IMG/VR virus record: IMGVR_UViG_3300032287_003113
Span: 124,001-188,000 of that record
Strand: one strand, 5' to 3'
DNA: 64,000 nucleotides
Positions 11,701 through 20,579 of this stretch are shown here, one piece after another. The notes beneath the pieces are model-generated. The model was not told where the DNA came from. It did no database searches and was given only the letters and a program-made list of their open reading frames with translations. The stretch's first letter is position 1, and each line of letters opens with the position of its first letter. The translations under genes were made by a program, and so were the position numbers.

Positions 11701-14700
11701 ACCCTGTGGCATTTACTCTGGGTAACACATACTCTGCTGGCAACATAATTGTTAATTTGCAGGCCAATGCCAATTTGACCATATCAAACGTGTACAATTC
11801 TAGCAATTTGTCCAACACCAGTACCGCAATATACAGCAACAGAGATAAAAGTTTTTACATCAACGATTTGCCTACCGCAGGATATGTGCATGTTGATGAT
11901 ACAGATTTAACAATTTTTAACATCAATGAATACAATCAAAATCCTGATGTGGGTATTGGTAGTAAAATTTGGACAGCCAAAGACACCGGCAATAATTGGA
12001 ACGTATATCGTGTAACAGAAACCGACATTTCTGCCACAACACTGACCTATGTTTTAGATGACTATGCACAGCTATTGTTCACAGACAAACACTCATTCCA
12101 GGTTGGAGATCTATTGGTATTAAAAGGATTCCAGGTCGCCTATTTTGATAACTCTATTTTAGAAAATTTCAGTACCAACTATGATAACATTTATAAAATA
12201 GTTGATGTTGTTAATCAATTAACAGTTACAGTACAACTAAAAGACACCGCCGCATTGTCTAACTTGATTGCGACCAGCCCAGTCGTCAGCGAAGCGGCAG
12301 TTTATAAATTAGTATCGTCTAAAGTGCCAACTGTGACAGCAATTGACGGTCTTTTACCATTGCATGGATGGATTGATAACGACAGGATCTGGGTTGACAC
12401 AGCTACCACTGATGCAGGATGGGGAGTTTACACGTTCAATCAGGCCTGGCCCAACACAGCCTCAGGTAATTTGACAGCCAATACGGTGACAGCCAATGAT
12501 AGATTTGGTAGCCAAGTGACTATCAGCACCACCGGCAAATATTTTTATTCTAGTAATCCTGCACAAAAACAAGTGCAAGTGTTTGCTAATGTTGCTGGCA
12601 ACTATAGTGCTAACATTACAATCTCCAACTCTGAAGCAAAATTTGGAAGCGTGTTAGAATCTCAAGGTAACTTGCTGGCCGTGGCTGCTGCGGGTAATGT
12701 TTATGTGTATAGACAAAACGACACTACCACTGCCAACACCATGGCCATTCCGTGGGTACCCAACGCTTTCCCAACACTGGGAACAACCTGGACAGCCAAT
12801 ACTGTAATTGCTATCAACACACAAATTAGCAACGGATCAAACACCTATATAACAACAGGCAATGTGTATGGTGCCACGTTTGCCAATATTGTATCAAATA
12901 CACGGGCAGTAAGTTTTATTCCTGTTAATTCCATAATATCTTATCTGAGTAATATCTATGTTACTACGGCCAACGTTTGTCCGGCCAACGTATTTTTAGT
13001 AACCACAGCAGAAAAATTTGCTTCAATTACTTCTAATGTGCGTTTGATCGATGTTTCTGCCGGCAACGTTCAATTGTTGCAGACCATTACCACAGGCAAC
13101 ATGGTTGGTAATATTTCTAGTGTGGCAATGAGTGCAGACATGAAACAGATATACATTGGCGGAAACGATCGTGTTGAAGCCTACACCACAACCAATGGTA
13201 ATTGGGCCAACGTCAAGTACACCTGGGCCAATGCTGTTACAGGCACTGGTGCCTTTGGTAATGTGGTCAAAACTGATACCAATGGTGGTCGTATATTAGT
13301 TGGAGCACCAACAGCTACAAACACTTATGATCAAAATGGAAATGTGTATTATTACACAGCCAACCTAACAACCAATGCCATCACACTGACACAGACTCTG
13401 AGTAGCGAATATAAGAATCAAGGCACACAGTTTGGATACCAAATTGGTGCAGACAGCACGGCCGCTAATGTGTTTATTGGTGCTCCTGGGTCACTGGGCA
13501 CTGATAAGTTCTATGGCGTAGTAGAACATTGGACACATGATGGAAATGTTTATGTTCGTGCTGGAAATGTGTCTCGCCCAAGAGACCAATCGGGTGCATT
13601 TGGTACCACTGTCAGCGTCAGTTCAGATGCAAAATTTGTTGCAGTAGGCAGCCGTGGTAGCGCCAGCGAAGAAACAACTGTGTTTGACAATTCCGACACA
13701 GTGATCGACAACAATTCTACAAAATTTATTGATTCTATTGTGGCCAGTGGTAGTGTTTACGTATTTGAGTCATTGATGAATCAGTCCAATATCGCTGATG
13801 TTGTGTATTCGTTTACACAAGAATTAGAAACCGGCAGATATGCACAATTGGAAAGTGGCGACAACTTTGGAGCTGCTGTTGCGGTTGCTCCGGGATTGTT
13901 ATTGGCCAGTGCACCTGAATCAGATTTGGCATCGGGCGTAGTGTATACATTTAACAATTTAACAAATACACCGTCTTGGCAGTTGACAAGAAGTCAATTG
14001 CCTCAAGTTGACATTGACAGCATTAACAGATCATTTATATACAACAAATCAAATAATAATTTAATTGCACCATTGGACATTGTTGATCCGGCCAAAGGTA
14101 AAATTTTAAGCGGTGTGGCCAGCGACATTGATTATCGATTGGATCATGATCCTGCCACCTACAATGCCGGCACACAAGACACATACCAAGACTATCATTG
14201 GGGACCTGCACAGGTTGGTCGTATATGGTGGAATCTTGACAACCTACGATATACAAATTACGAACAAGATTCTTTGATTTATAGATTAAATCACTGGGGC
14301 GATCGTTTTCCTGAAAGTAAAGTGGAAATTTACGAATGGATAGAAAGTTCTGTATTACCTAGCGAATTTGTTGCCAGCGGTGAATCTGGCGTACCTCTAC
14401 ACCCAGACGACTCAGCTTACAGCACATATGGATACGTAGATCAGTCTGGTGCAGTACGTGTCAAGTATTATTTTTGGGTAGCTCTTAGAGATCAAGCCAA
14501 TACTAGTGCTGGCAAACAAAACAGCATTGTTGCTATTACCGCAGCAATTGAAAACCCACAAAATCAAAATATACCGTACGCTACAGTTTTGCGTAACGAT
14601 ACAATAGCTTTATACAATGTTAAAAATCTATTGGTAGGAAAAAACAGCGTCCTGCATCTAGGAAGTCAAAGCAGTCAGGCCGGATTAATACACAGCGAAT

Positions 14701-17700
14701 ATGCACTGGTGCAAGAAAATAGTCCCAGTAGCCAACTACCACAGTCTATTATTAATAAAGCATTTGATAGTCTATGCGAAGAAGATATCGAAGGAAATCC
14801 TGTTCCTGATCCTAGCTTACCGGCTAGCCAGCGTTATGGTATCAGCATACGTCCTAGACAGACCATGTTTGTTGATCTGTATGCTGCACTAGCAAACGTT
14901 ACAACTTTGGTCAATACAAAATTATATTATTATCCGGTTACCCAGCGTAAAGTATTAACTTTACTCAACAGTGAAGAAGCCCCACCAAGCTCACGCACCG
15001 GACAATATGATTTAACCGTTGATACCAAACTTGAATTGTCTTACATTACTACCAATGGCCTGGCCGTTGGATATAAAGTTTTGGTGCTCAATGATCCAAC
15101 CTATCTCACCAAGTGGGCAATATACAATTGGTCGGGCACAGCCTGGGCAGTACCTGCTGCCGGTACACGTCCACTGGGAAATGGATTGTATGGCAACTGG
15201 GTGCAATCATACAAGACCAGTCTTTATTGGAATTACATTGATTGGTATTCGGCCGATTTTGATCCCACCACAACAATCAATATCACTGTGGCAGACAACT
15301 TAGAATTTGGAAAACTAACTCTACAAGCAGATACCTATATCAAGGTTCTCAATGCCGGCAATGACAAATTTGCTATCTACTACATTGATCAAAACTTAAA
15401 TCGTGTTACTGTGGGATTAGAGTCTGGCACTATTCAATTACCTGCAGCTGAAGCATTTATTCCCGGAAAAGAGTTCCGTAAAATTTTACAAAGCCTACAA
15501 ACTGAAATATTCATTGACGACTTGGCCGCAGATTTTAATGAATTATTTTTTACTTTGATCAAGTATGCGTTAGTAGAACAAAAAAATCTTGATTGGGTAT
15601 TTAAAACCAGTTTTATCAGTGCCACGCAATACATTCGTAAACTTGAACAATTTGCCAGCTACATCACCGATAACCAAGACTTTTATCAAAGTTACATCAA
15701 CGAAGTTAAACCATACCGCACAATCCTGCGTGAGTTCAACATCAACTATCAACGAGACGACGAATTTGGCGGCGACATAACTGACTTTGATTTAGCACCA
15801 TATTGGGACAGCAACATCAATGTGTATCGTAGTCCCAGCGGCGAACAGAGTTATGACGCAGGATTATTAAACAACCGTGTTTATTACGACTGGAAAAACA
15901 ATTATGCCTATGGCGTAGTTGACATCGTGGTTGGCGCAGGCGGCACTGGGTATGTGACAGCTCCACAGATCATTATATCAGGCGGTGGAGGCACTGGTGC
16001 CAATGCTGTGGCACAAATAAACGGGCTTGGCGAACTGGCCAACGTCACCGTTGTCAATGCCGGCACCGGTTACACCAGCAGTCCCGCAGTTATTATCAAC
16101 GGCACCGGTACAGGTGCAGTGGCCACCGCTGTATTACGCAATGTGTTTGACGGCAACGATCAAGGACACAATGTGGTTCGCAGTATTAAAACCAGTATTA
16201 AATTTGATAGATTGACCTATGATATCAAGCGACCCGCACAATGGGCAAACACCATTGCAGAATCAACTGGATTAACCAACACCAACGCAGCAGTTATGTG
16301 GGATGAAGTTACAGCAGGTCAGGTGATAGCTGCAAATACCGTTATAAATCTTGGTGGAGAATTATATCAATTATCAACTGTGCCGCACACAGTCAGTGCC
16401 AACGTTGATTTCCCGCTGGCCAATGTATCGTCAATCAATGCTGGAATATTGCCAACAGCCAACGATCGTATTGTGGCCTACAACGGAAATGTTGATCTAA
16501 GAGCCAGTGCTGAAGGAATGGATTACCCGGGTGTCATAGTTGATGGCAGCACATACTTTGCATATGATACCGTCACCGAATGGACAGCAAACACTGACGT
16601 TGCCACAGATACACAAATTTCATACAACGGAAATGTTTACATTGTGACAGGAAATGTGTATGCCGGATATTTCGCCAACATTGTAGCCAATGTCACACAG
16701 GTCAGTGGAGAAAAAATTGACGCCATAATCCAAAGTAGATTTGCTGACAATCTAGGTTTAGACTCTGGTAACATTTATGTGGATGGCGGCGAGTATGTTG
16801 ATAGATTCAGCAGCCATGCTCCAGAAGAGCTAGTTCCTGGACACATGTTTGACAGCCTAAATCTAAAAGTATTTTCAAATACAGCACCTGCAACCAATGA
16901 ATATGCATTTAGATTGTTTGACAACATGAGTGAAGATCACGCTTTTTATAGAATCAGTGATGCATACACAACCACGCTGTCTAGAGATTTGCTAATTGCC
17001 GATGACAAGATATTTGTAACTGATGGTACACGTTTACCAAACCCCAATAGAGATGCAGGCATTCCCGGTGTGGTTTTTGTCAATGGTGAAAAAATTAGCT
17101 ACTATAGAAACTATGCTCAAGAAACAATAACCGCCTGGGCAGCAAATGCCACGATCCCAACAGATACCTTAACATCATTCAACGGAAATGTTTATCTAAC
17201 ACTGGGTAATGTGTACGCACCAAATACTCCTTGGACGGCAAACACAACCTTTGCTGCCAATAGTTATGTGTACTTCAGCGGTAACAGTTATCGGATTACC
17301 GGAAATGTTAACGCACCATACTTTGCCAACATTAGTGCCAATACTGCATTGATATATAACAATGAAAATTCAGGATTTGCCACGATAAGTTCTAATGTTG
17401 CATTGATTGCCAATACCGCCAATGTACTAGGGCAGATACGTCGAGCCACCGACGGAACTGCACCCAACGGTCTAAACACTACACCGTGGACCACTAACAT
17501 AGTACTACCTACCGGTACATATATCACATACAATAGCAACACTTATGTGACCACTGGAAATGTTTACGGATTTAATATACCGTGGAGATCCAATATTGTG
17601 TTGGCTGCAAACACCTATTTCTTTTATGGATCCAATGTGTATCAGGTGTCCAGTAATGTTGGCGCCAATGTATACGGTGTTAGTTTTGCCAACATCAGTG

Positions 17701-18311
17701 CAAATGCAAATGTAAAATACACCGGACGCATAGACTCGGGGTATGCGAGTATAGAATCTAATGTTCGATTGTTATACACAGGCACAAATAACATACGACA
17801 TCTTGCTAACACTAGAGTAGTAGACGCCAGTGAACAACAAACTATACCGGATATTGTGGTCAGTAATACCAATATAGTTGCAACTACAGCAGTTAATACA
17901 ACATCCAATGTCTCATTGAGATTGCGACTAAACGGTAATATCACTGCCAACATTGGCGATTATATTTTAACAAATATTGCCAATTTACGCTTGTTAGAAA
18001 CAGTGACAACTGCATCAAACATAGCAGTATTGCCACACACAGGAAATATTTTTGCAGGTAATGCTAATGCAATTTCCGTCGTTAGCAGAATTACAGGAAA
18101 TGCATCAGCTACCACAGCCCGAGTGATGTATGCCAATGTGTTAGGACAAGTAAGCAGCGTTGGTAATGTGACTGTGTCAGCCAATACTTATGTAACACAA
18201 AGTAGCATTTGGTACGGAAATGTCACAAATGCGTTCTACGGAAATACTCTTGCCAACAGCACTACAGCACAAGCTTCATTCTTGATGGCATCACCAGGAT
18301 ACACACCATGA
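5739..18311 (+). CDS. very large (4190 aa) baseplate-associated virion protein with beta-propeller and CBM-like repeats
   Basis: Single uninterrupted ORF following gp6 (TAATG overlap); FG-GAP-like repeats, 'GGTGY..AP...I.GGGGTGA' repeats typical of T4-like wedge proteins, W-x-A-x-T repeats. Confidence 0.75.
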   Translation: MAIVNTINFLPRIFRTPTNQRFLGATMDHLTSDAINTPVNGYIGRTFAPTYKPGDNYVPESTDLRKNYQLEPSAVVTDSNGEITFNTGYIDLLQNIKNYGGLTDNQQRLFGSEMYSWDGHFDYDKFVNYYNYYWLPDGPDFVPIYGNQAPYTADYTVVRNGAVGGYTFTGKGYQPNTQLTLVRGGVYTFTINQPGHDFWIQRSPGVNGIDPNIPTVSTRDVYGVTNNGASTGTVTFRVPLYNAQDFYILMPIKSSVDAATTLKYIDIQNRLLSNFLNQYPDGIDGINNQLQNKTLIFIGNDEDDTNWTTPAVSPAYTSLDVASIRPGDIINDATRVKTWKINLVAVDSAATDFIIQLSPETTILAREKVFISSGKTYASQKFWLNDNLAYNVEPAITANTDRLYYQDSSNPGFVGEIRIINNTSDTIEVDTEIVGRVGYTSPNGVVFTNGLKIQFDSLVTPASYYKFEYVNYSTWLTALNAMDATVTGTSGGAVAYKDEQLVGEWNGTTGYRIREWYVEGVGTAINLVPVGQTTVPEAYGYLLDTTPDYITINRGSRDRNPWARSNRWFHKDVIAATADYNNTTENYGLNLPGRRPIIEFDSDLQLFNFGRQAKNSVDLVTFEETDAFGITIPATRVEGQITAVVDGITLAPGHRVVFANDYDLNVKNKIWEVTVIEGLGGQNYINLIATDDNPVLAGENVLVTEGDNAGKTYYFDGEDWFVSQSKSSINQMPLFDLVDAAGYSFSDTTVYPGSTFVGNKIFNYNVGTGNNDTVLGFPLSYQNFNNIGDIVFKNHYTTDSFTYTSDTNTGATQTIACSTGYLIKNTNLTTQEKLNSWVPGAEDSSQYQLFTKFFDGRVLDINGVNRAFVQVDVLPATTDTIPHLKVYKNNMLLTATVDYELTTYGMYNIVIFLSDPAVGDKLDVAIFSDTASKLAHYEVPKNLIQNPLNENFSTIALGQIRTHYNKLLENTAVSNRPIQDTYLKQQNGTLNQHSAPLVYAMTFLNDPMLNFVNGIDLAKKEYSRFKNKFISLCSTLSGLNYNDPVTGVDTILQNINSVKNSSFPWYYSDMVPQGGNYTTITYTVLNERQTNYEIGNIFNPVELSNRAVLIWHNGVQLTLGKDYEFSPTVPAVIFSISFAINDTIVIRDYFDTDGSFVPETPSKLGLYPKSEPLIYQDTTYQTPVNVIRGHDGSVMPAFGDFRDNYILELEKRIYNNIKADYTKNIINLYDIVPGRFRTTEYTRDEFVQILSRNFLQWSGTNNVDYTTNSWYDANNSWTWNYEKFTDTVDDKPLQGSWRAIYNYWYDTDQPNRAPWEMLGFGFEPAWWETRYGPAPYTRGNFTLWEDLEAGYVWNNGDPYTDTRFARPGLTDFIPVDSAGNLLPPTDINIVKQYNLTAGGNNYVIGQEGPVETAWIRSSDYPFAVQMAIAMAKPASYFGTQYDTSRFYVSEITGQFSSATNEKINPADLKINGDTRNGTVQRTSGYINWIADVIKNVGIDPIEKISSYLENLSVKLNYKVGGFTDKNILTVTAEQTTPGAKRAGVIIPDSNYDVYLNKSIPVSVVTYSAVIVQRTNVGYSVVGYNTNDPFFTILPSVANNKAETITVGDVSAKLYQDTTNRTISVPYGTTYSNIQQLSDFLISYERYLESVGFVFDQFDKDLQEVKNFRTSVKEFLYWSQQGWEVGTILVLNPTTDRLLLKTSGTVVDEITNTLNSGRILDQNFLPIKSGNFNIVRTENFAFGNQFGITTLNGTGICFASLNLVQFEHVLVFDNESDFGDIIYVPSQGVRQYRLSLSGAKTGAWTGALSASGYMYNTTNVSGWTAGTDYQVGDIVTFNNNYYTALNSIPATTKFNLTEWAQIQESDLKTGLLPSLGLLAQQSENIYNVDRPPDNETLQLFSAGLIGFRPRDYLTDLGIGTATQTKFYQGLIKEKGTLNSITALTKGNFDNVSGNIAIFEEWGFKVGDYGDLDGNQFKEFVLDQSVFNTNPVAFTLGNTYSAGNIIVNLQANANLTISNVYNSSNLSNTSTAIYSNRDKSFYINDLPTAGYVHVDDTDLTIFNINEYNQNPDVGIGSKIWTAKDTGNNWNVYRVTETDISATTLTYVLDDYAQLLFTDKHSFQVGDLLVLKGFQVAYFDNSILENFSTNYDNIYKIVDVVNQLTVTVQLKDTAALSNLIATSPVVSEAAVYKLVSSKVPTVTAIDGLLPLHGWIDNDRIWVDTATTDAGWGVYTFNQAWPNTASGNLTANTVTANDRFGSQVTISTTGKYFYSSNPAQKQVQVFANVAGNYSANITISNSEAKFGSVLESQGNLLAVAAAGNVYVYRQNDTTTANTMAIPWVPNAFPTLGTTWTANTVIAINTQISNGSNTYITTGNVYGATFANIVSNTRAVSFIPVNSIISYLSNIYVTTANVCPANVFLVTTAEKFASITSNVRLIDVSAGNVQLLQTITTGNMVGNISSVAMSADMKQIYIGGNDRVEAYTTTNGNWANVKYTWANAVTGTGAFGNVVKTDTNGGRILVGAPTATNTYDQNGNVYYYTANLTTNAITLTQTLSSEYKNQGTQFGYQIGADSTAANVFIGAPGSLGTDKFYGVVEHWTHDGNVYVRAGNVSRPRDQSGAFGTTVSVSSDAKFVAVGSRGSASEETTVFDNSDTVIDNNSTKFIDSIVASGSVYVFESLMNQSNIADVVYSFTQELETGRYAQLESGDNFGAAVAVAPGLLLASAPESDLASGVVYTFNNLTNTPSWQLTRSQLPQVDIDSINRSFIYNKSNNNLIAPLDIVDPAKGKILSGVASDIDYRLDHDPATYNAGTQDTYQDYHWGPAQVGRIWWNLDNLRYTNYEQDSLIYRLNHWGDRFPESKVEIYEWIESSVLPSEFVASGESGVPLHPDDSAYSTYGYVDQSGAVRVKYYFWVALRDQANTSAGKQNSIVAITAAIENPQNQNIPYATVLRNDTIALYNVKNLLVGKNSVLHLGSQSSQAGLIHSEYALVQENSPSSQLPQSIINKAFDSLCEEDIEGNPVPDPSLPASQRYGISIRPRQTMFVDLYAALANVTTLVNTKLYYYPVTQRKVLTLLNSEEAPPSSRTGQYDLTVDTKLELSYITTNGLAVGYKVLVLNDPTYLTKWAIYNWSGTAWAVPAAGTRPLGNGLYGNWVQSYKTSLYWNYIDWYSADFDPTTTINITVADNLEFGKLTLQADTYIKVLNAGNDKFAIYYIDQNLNRVTVGLESGTIQLPAAEAFIPGKEFRKILQSLQTEIFIDDLAADFNELFFTLIKYALVEQKNLDWVFKTSFISATQYIRKLEQFASYITDNQDFYQSYINEVKPYRTILREFNINYQRDDEFGGDITDFDLAPYWDSNINVYRSPSGEQSYDAGLLNNRVYYDWKNNYAYGVVDIVVGAGGTGYVTAPQIIISGGGGTGANAVAQINGLGELANVTVVNAGTGYTSSPAVIINGTGTGAVATAVLRNVFDGNDQGHNVVRSIKTSIKFDRLTYDIKRPAQWANTIAESTGLTNTNAAVMWDEVTAGQVIAANTVINLGGELYQLSTVPHTVSANVDFPLANVSSINAGILPTANDRIVAYNGNVDLRASAEGMDYPGVIVDGSTYFAYDTVTEWTANTDVATDTQISYNGNVYIVTGNVYAGYFANIVANVTQVSGEKIDAIIQSRFADNLGLDSGNIYVDGGEYVDRFSSHAPEELVPGHMFDSLNLKVFSNTAPATNEYAFRLFDNMSEDHAFYRISDAYTTTLSRDLLIADDKIFVTDGTRLPNPNRDAGIPGVVFVNGEKISYYRNYAQETITAWAANATIPTDTLTSFNGNVYLTLGNVYAPNTPWTANTTFAANSYVYFSGNSYRITGNVNAPYFANISANTALIYNNENSGFATISSNVALIANTANVLGQIRRATDGTAPNGLNTTPWTTNIVLPTGTYITYNSNTYVTTGNVYGFNIPWRSNIVLAANTYFFYGSNVYQVSSNVGANVYGVSFANISANANVKYTGRIDSGYASIESNVRLLYTGTNNIRHLANTRVVDASEQQTIPDIVVSNTNIVATTAVNTTSNVSLRLRLNGNITANIGDYILTNIANLRLLETVTTASNIAVLPHTGNIFAGNANAISVVSRITGNASATTARVMYANVLGQVSSVGNVTVSANTYVTQSSIWYGNVTNAFYGNTLANSTTAQASFLMASPGYTP
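12498..13955 (+). repeat. FG-GAP-like beta-propeller repeats within the giant protein
   Basis: DRFGSQVTIS, KFGSVLE, AFGNVV..RILVGAP, QFGYQI..VFIGAPG, AFGTTVSVS..VAVGS, DNFGAAVAV..LASAP. Confidence 0.6.
16581..17705 (+). repeat. CBM5/12-like W-x-A-N-T...Y-x-G-N-V-Y protein repeats
   Basis: Copies start at about 16581, 17136, 17232, 17487 and 17583; further copies at about 12789 and 11202 (WTAGTDYQVGDIVTFNNNYY). Confidence 0.6.
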
Positions 18312-18317
18312 TAAATA
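18311..18317 (+). promoter_or_regulatory. T4-like late promoter ATAAATA
   Basis: GATAAATA overlaps the stop of the giant ORF; AGAGGA RBS and an in-frame GTG follow at 18350. Confidence 0.55.
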
Positions 18318-18349
18318 CTGATAACAAACAAAATTTAGAGGAAACAGCA

Positions 18350-18994
18350 GTGGAAAATACACAAAAACAGCCAGACGATACGTCCGGCATTTATGTCCGT
18401 GGGCATATCAAAATATTTGATCCAGAATCTGGTGAAGTTTACATCGACAAGTCCAACGCTATTCACTACGAAAACTTTAGTCGTGCATTGGCTAGTAGTG
18501 TGGCCAACAAAGGACAGAATTTTATCTACGAAATGGTGTTAGGCAACGGCGGAACCAGTGTTGACACCACTGGTATTATCACATATCTTCCCACAAATAC
18601 GCTAGGACAAAGCTCAAACCTATACAATCCCACATTTAGTAAAATTGTAGACAACACCGCGGTTGCTAACCTTGACCCAGTCAACAACAAAATGACTGTG
18701 GCACACATTCCTGGTACAATTTACACAGATATTTTAGTTACCTGTCTGTTGGACTACGGCGAGCCAAGTGGGCAGGCCCTGTTTGACAACAGTCAAAACT
18801 TAAACAGCGAATATGTGTTTGACGAACTAGGACTTCGTGGTCGTAGTACAGATGGTACTACAGGTTTAACGTCGACTGGTTTGTTACTAACACATGTGGT
18901 ATTCCACCCTGTACAAAAATCCCTAAACAGATTAATTCAAATAGACTATACTGTGCGTATTCAAACACTGACTAACCTTAGCTCGATAGGATAA
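18350..18994 (+). CDS. conserved baseplate/tail-fibre attachment protein (start probably GTG 18350, alternative ATG 18308)
   Basis: 'GHIKIFD...NAIHYEN...GNGGT...FDELGL...LLTHVVFHPVQKSLNRLIQIDYTVRIQ'; lies between wedge and fibre genes. Confidence 0.55.
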   Translation: MENTQKQPDDTSGIYVRGHIKIFDPESGEVYIDKSNAIHYENFSRALASSVANKGQNFIYEMVLGNGGTSVDTTGIITYLPTNTLGQSSNLYNPTFSKIVDNTAVANLDPVNNKMTVAHIPGTIYTDILVTCLLDYGEPSGQALFDNSQNLNSEYVFDELGLRGRSTDGTTGLTSTGLLLTHVVFHPVQKSLNRLIQIDYTVRIQTLTNLSSIG

Positions 18995-18998
18995 CGCC

Positions 18999-20576
18999 AT
19001 GAGTTATATTGTTAATAAAACGGATGGGTCAGTGCTAACAACACTACTGGATGGTACCACCAACACAGAAACTGGCTTGACCTTAATAGGTCGTAATTAC
19101 ACCAGTTACGGTGAAATTCAAAATGAAAATTTTGTTAGGTTGTTGGAAAATTTTGCCAGCACATTGCCACCTGGACAAAGTGTGGGCTTTGCTCCAATTG
19201 CCGGACAGCTTTGGTGGGACACCACAAACCAGCGTCTGCGTGTTTATAATGGAACAGAATTTGTCAACGTCAGCGAAAGAACCGTTGGCGCAACAGCACC
19301 TGCCACAGTTAAAACCGGTGACCAGTGGTGGGATACCGCAGACCAACAGTTAAAACTTTACAGCGGATCTGCTTGGACTGTAATAAATCCTCCATACTCG
19401 GCTTCACAAGGCAAAACTGGATCGCTAGTTGAAACAGTAACAGATACCAGCTTGAGTTCTCATACTGTGGTCAACACTTACACCAATAACAATTTGATTG
19501 CGGTGGCCAGTTACGATCCTGCATTCCAAACTGGTGCATACAGTCAGTTTAGTTTTATTCGTCCTGGCATTACCCTGGCCTCCAATGTGATGTTGCATGG
19601 TAATGTGATGAACAGTTTACAACTGGGTGGCAGTTGGGCCAATGCTTTCCCACGCACCACTGCAAGAACAGATTTTTTATCAGATCTTGGCGTTGTGGGC
19701 AATTTGGTAATTGCCAATGCCAATGTTTTCTACAGTAGCAATGCATTTGTAGTAACCAATTCTGTACTAGGCGGCAACGTTGACATTTATGTCAATACCA
19801 CTCTAGGCAATACTCGTGCATTTAGAATCAACGGTGCCACTGGCATGATCACTGTGTCTGCCAATCCAACCAACAATTTGGGTGTAGTGACCAAAACATA
19901 CGCCGATGATATTCAAGTGGCATTAAACACCAGCTTGGTAGCCAACATTGCCAATGTCAATGCCAACGTTGCTCAGTTACGTAGCGATACATTTACGGCA
20001 TTAACCACCAACGTCAGCATACTAACATCTGCTACCAATCAATTGCGTACAGATACCAATGCCAATGTTGCGGCATTAGACACAGCATTCAAAGCCAATG
20101 TGGCCTCCATTGATTCTAATCTAGCCAACAAGACCAGTCGTATTGCGAGTCTTGAAAGCGACATAGTTCTCAAGTCTACCATTGCCAGTCCTGCATTTAC
20201 AGGTACACCAACTGCTACAACACCAACAGCCAGTGATAACAGTACACGTATTGCAACCACAGCCTATGTGGATGCAGCCGATCTAATTGGTACCAACTAT
20301 ACCAATACCGTAGTCAATGCTCTAGCAATCACAACAGCAGCAAATTTAGCTGTTGGCTTATCCAGTAAATCTAATATTGTCAGTCCATCATTTTCTGGAA
20401 ACGCAACATCAGAGACCCCGGTATCAACAGATAATAGTACAAAGATTGCAACCACAGCATTTGTTCGTGGTGCCATTACTGGCAATTTAACTCGTTGGCA
20501 AGGCAGTCGCTATACTGTAAGTACCAGCGGTCCCACTGGCGGAGATGATGGAGATTTTTGGTTCCAGATCGGCTAG
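18999..20576 (+). CDS. tail fibre protein 1 (shared N-terminal anchor domain; adaptor-like C-terminus)
   Basis: N-terminus 'YIVNKTDG...LTLIGRNY..YGE..NENF..LLENFA...GQLWWD' shared with two downstream genes; two 'DNST.IATTA(Y/F)V' fibre motifs; ends in 'PTGGDDGDFWFQ'. Confidence 0.75.
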   Translation: MSYIVNKTDGSVLTTLLDGTTNTETGLTLIGRNYTSYGEIQNENFVRLLENFASTLPPGQSVGFAPIAGQLWWDTTNQRLRVYNGTEFVNVSERTVGATAPATVKTGDQWWDTADQQLKLYSGSAWTVINPPYSASQGKTGSLVETVTDTSLSSHTVVNTYTNNNLIAVASYDPAFQTGAYSQFSFIRPGITLASNVMLHGNVMNSLQLGGSWANAFPRTTARTDFLSDLGVVGNLVIANANVFYSSNAFVVTNSVLGGNVDIYVNTTLGNTRAFRINGATGMITVSANPTNNLGVVTKTYADDIQVALNTSLVANIANVNANVAQLRSDTFTALTTNVSILTSATNQLRTDTNANVAALDTAFKANVASIDSNLANKTSRIASLESDIVLKSTIASPAFTGTPTATTPTASDNSTRIATTAYVDAADLIGTNYTNTVVNALAITTAANLAVGLSSKSNIVSPSFSGNATSETPVSTDNSTKIATTAFVRGAITGNLTRWQGSRYTVSTSGPTGGDDGDFWFQIG

Positions 20577-20579
20577 ACT

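Noticed and set aside
18209-18349. ORF-track start at 18209 (and similarly long starts at 56562, 57752 and 60418)
   Set aside because: These extensions overlap neighbouring genes or promoters. RBS and junction evidence favour 18350 (or 18308), 56478, 57719 and 60379.
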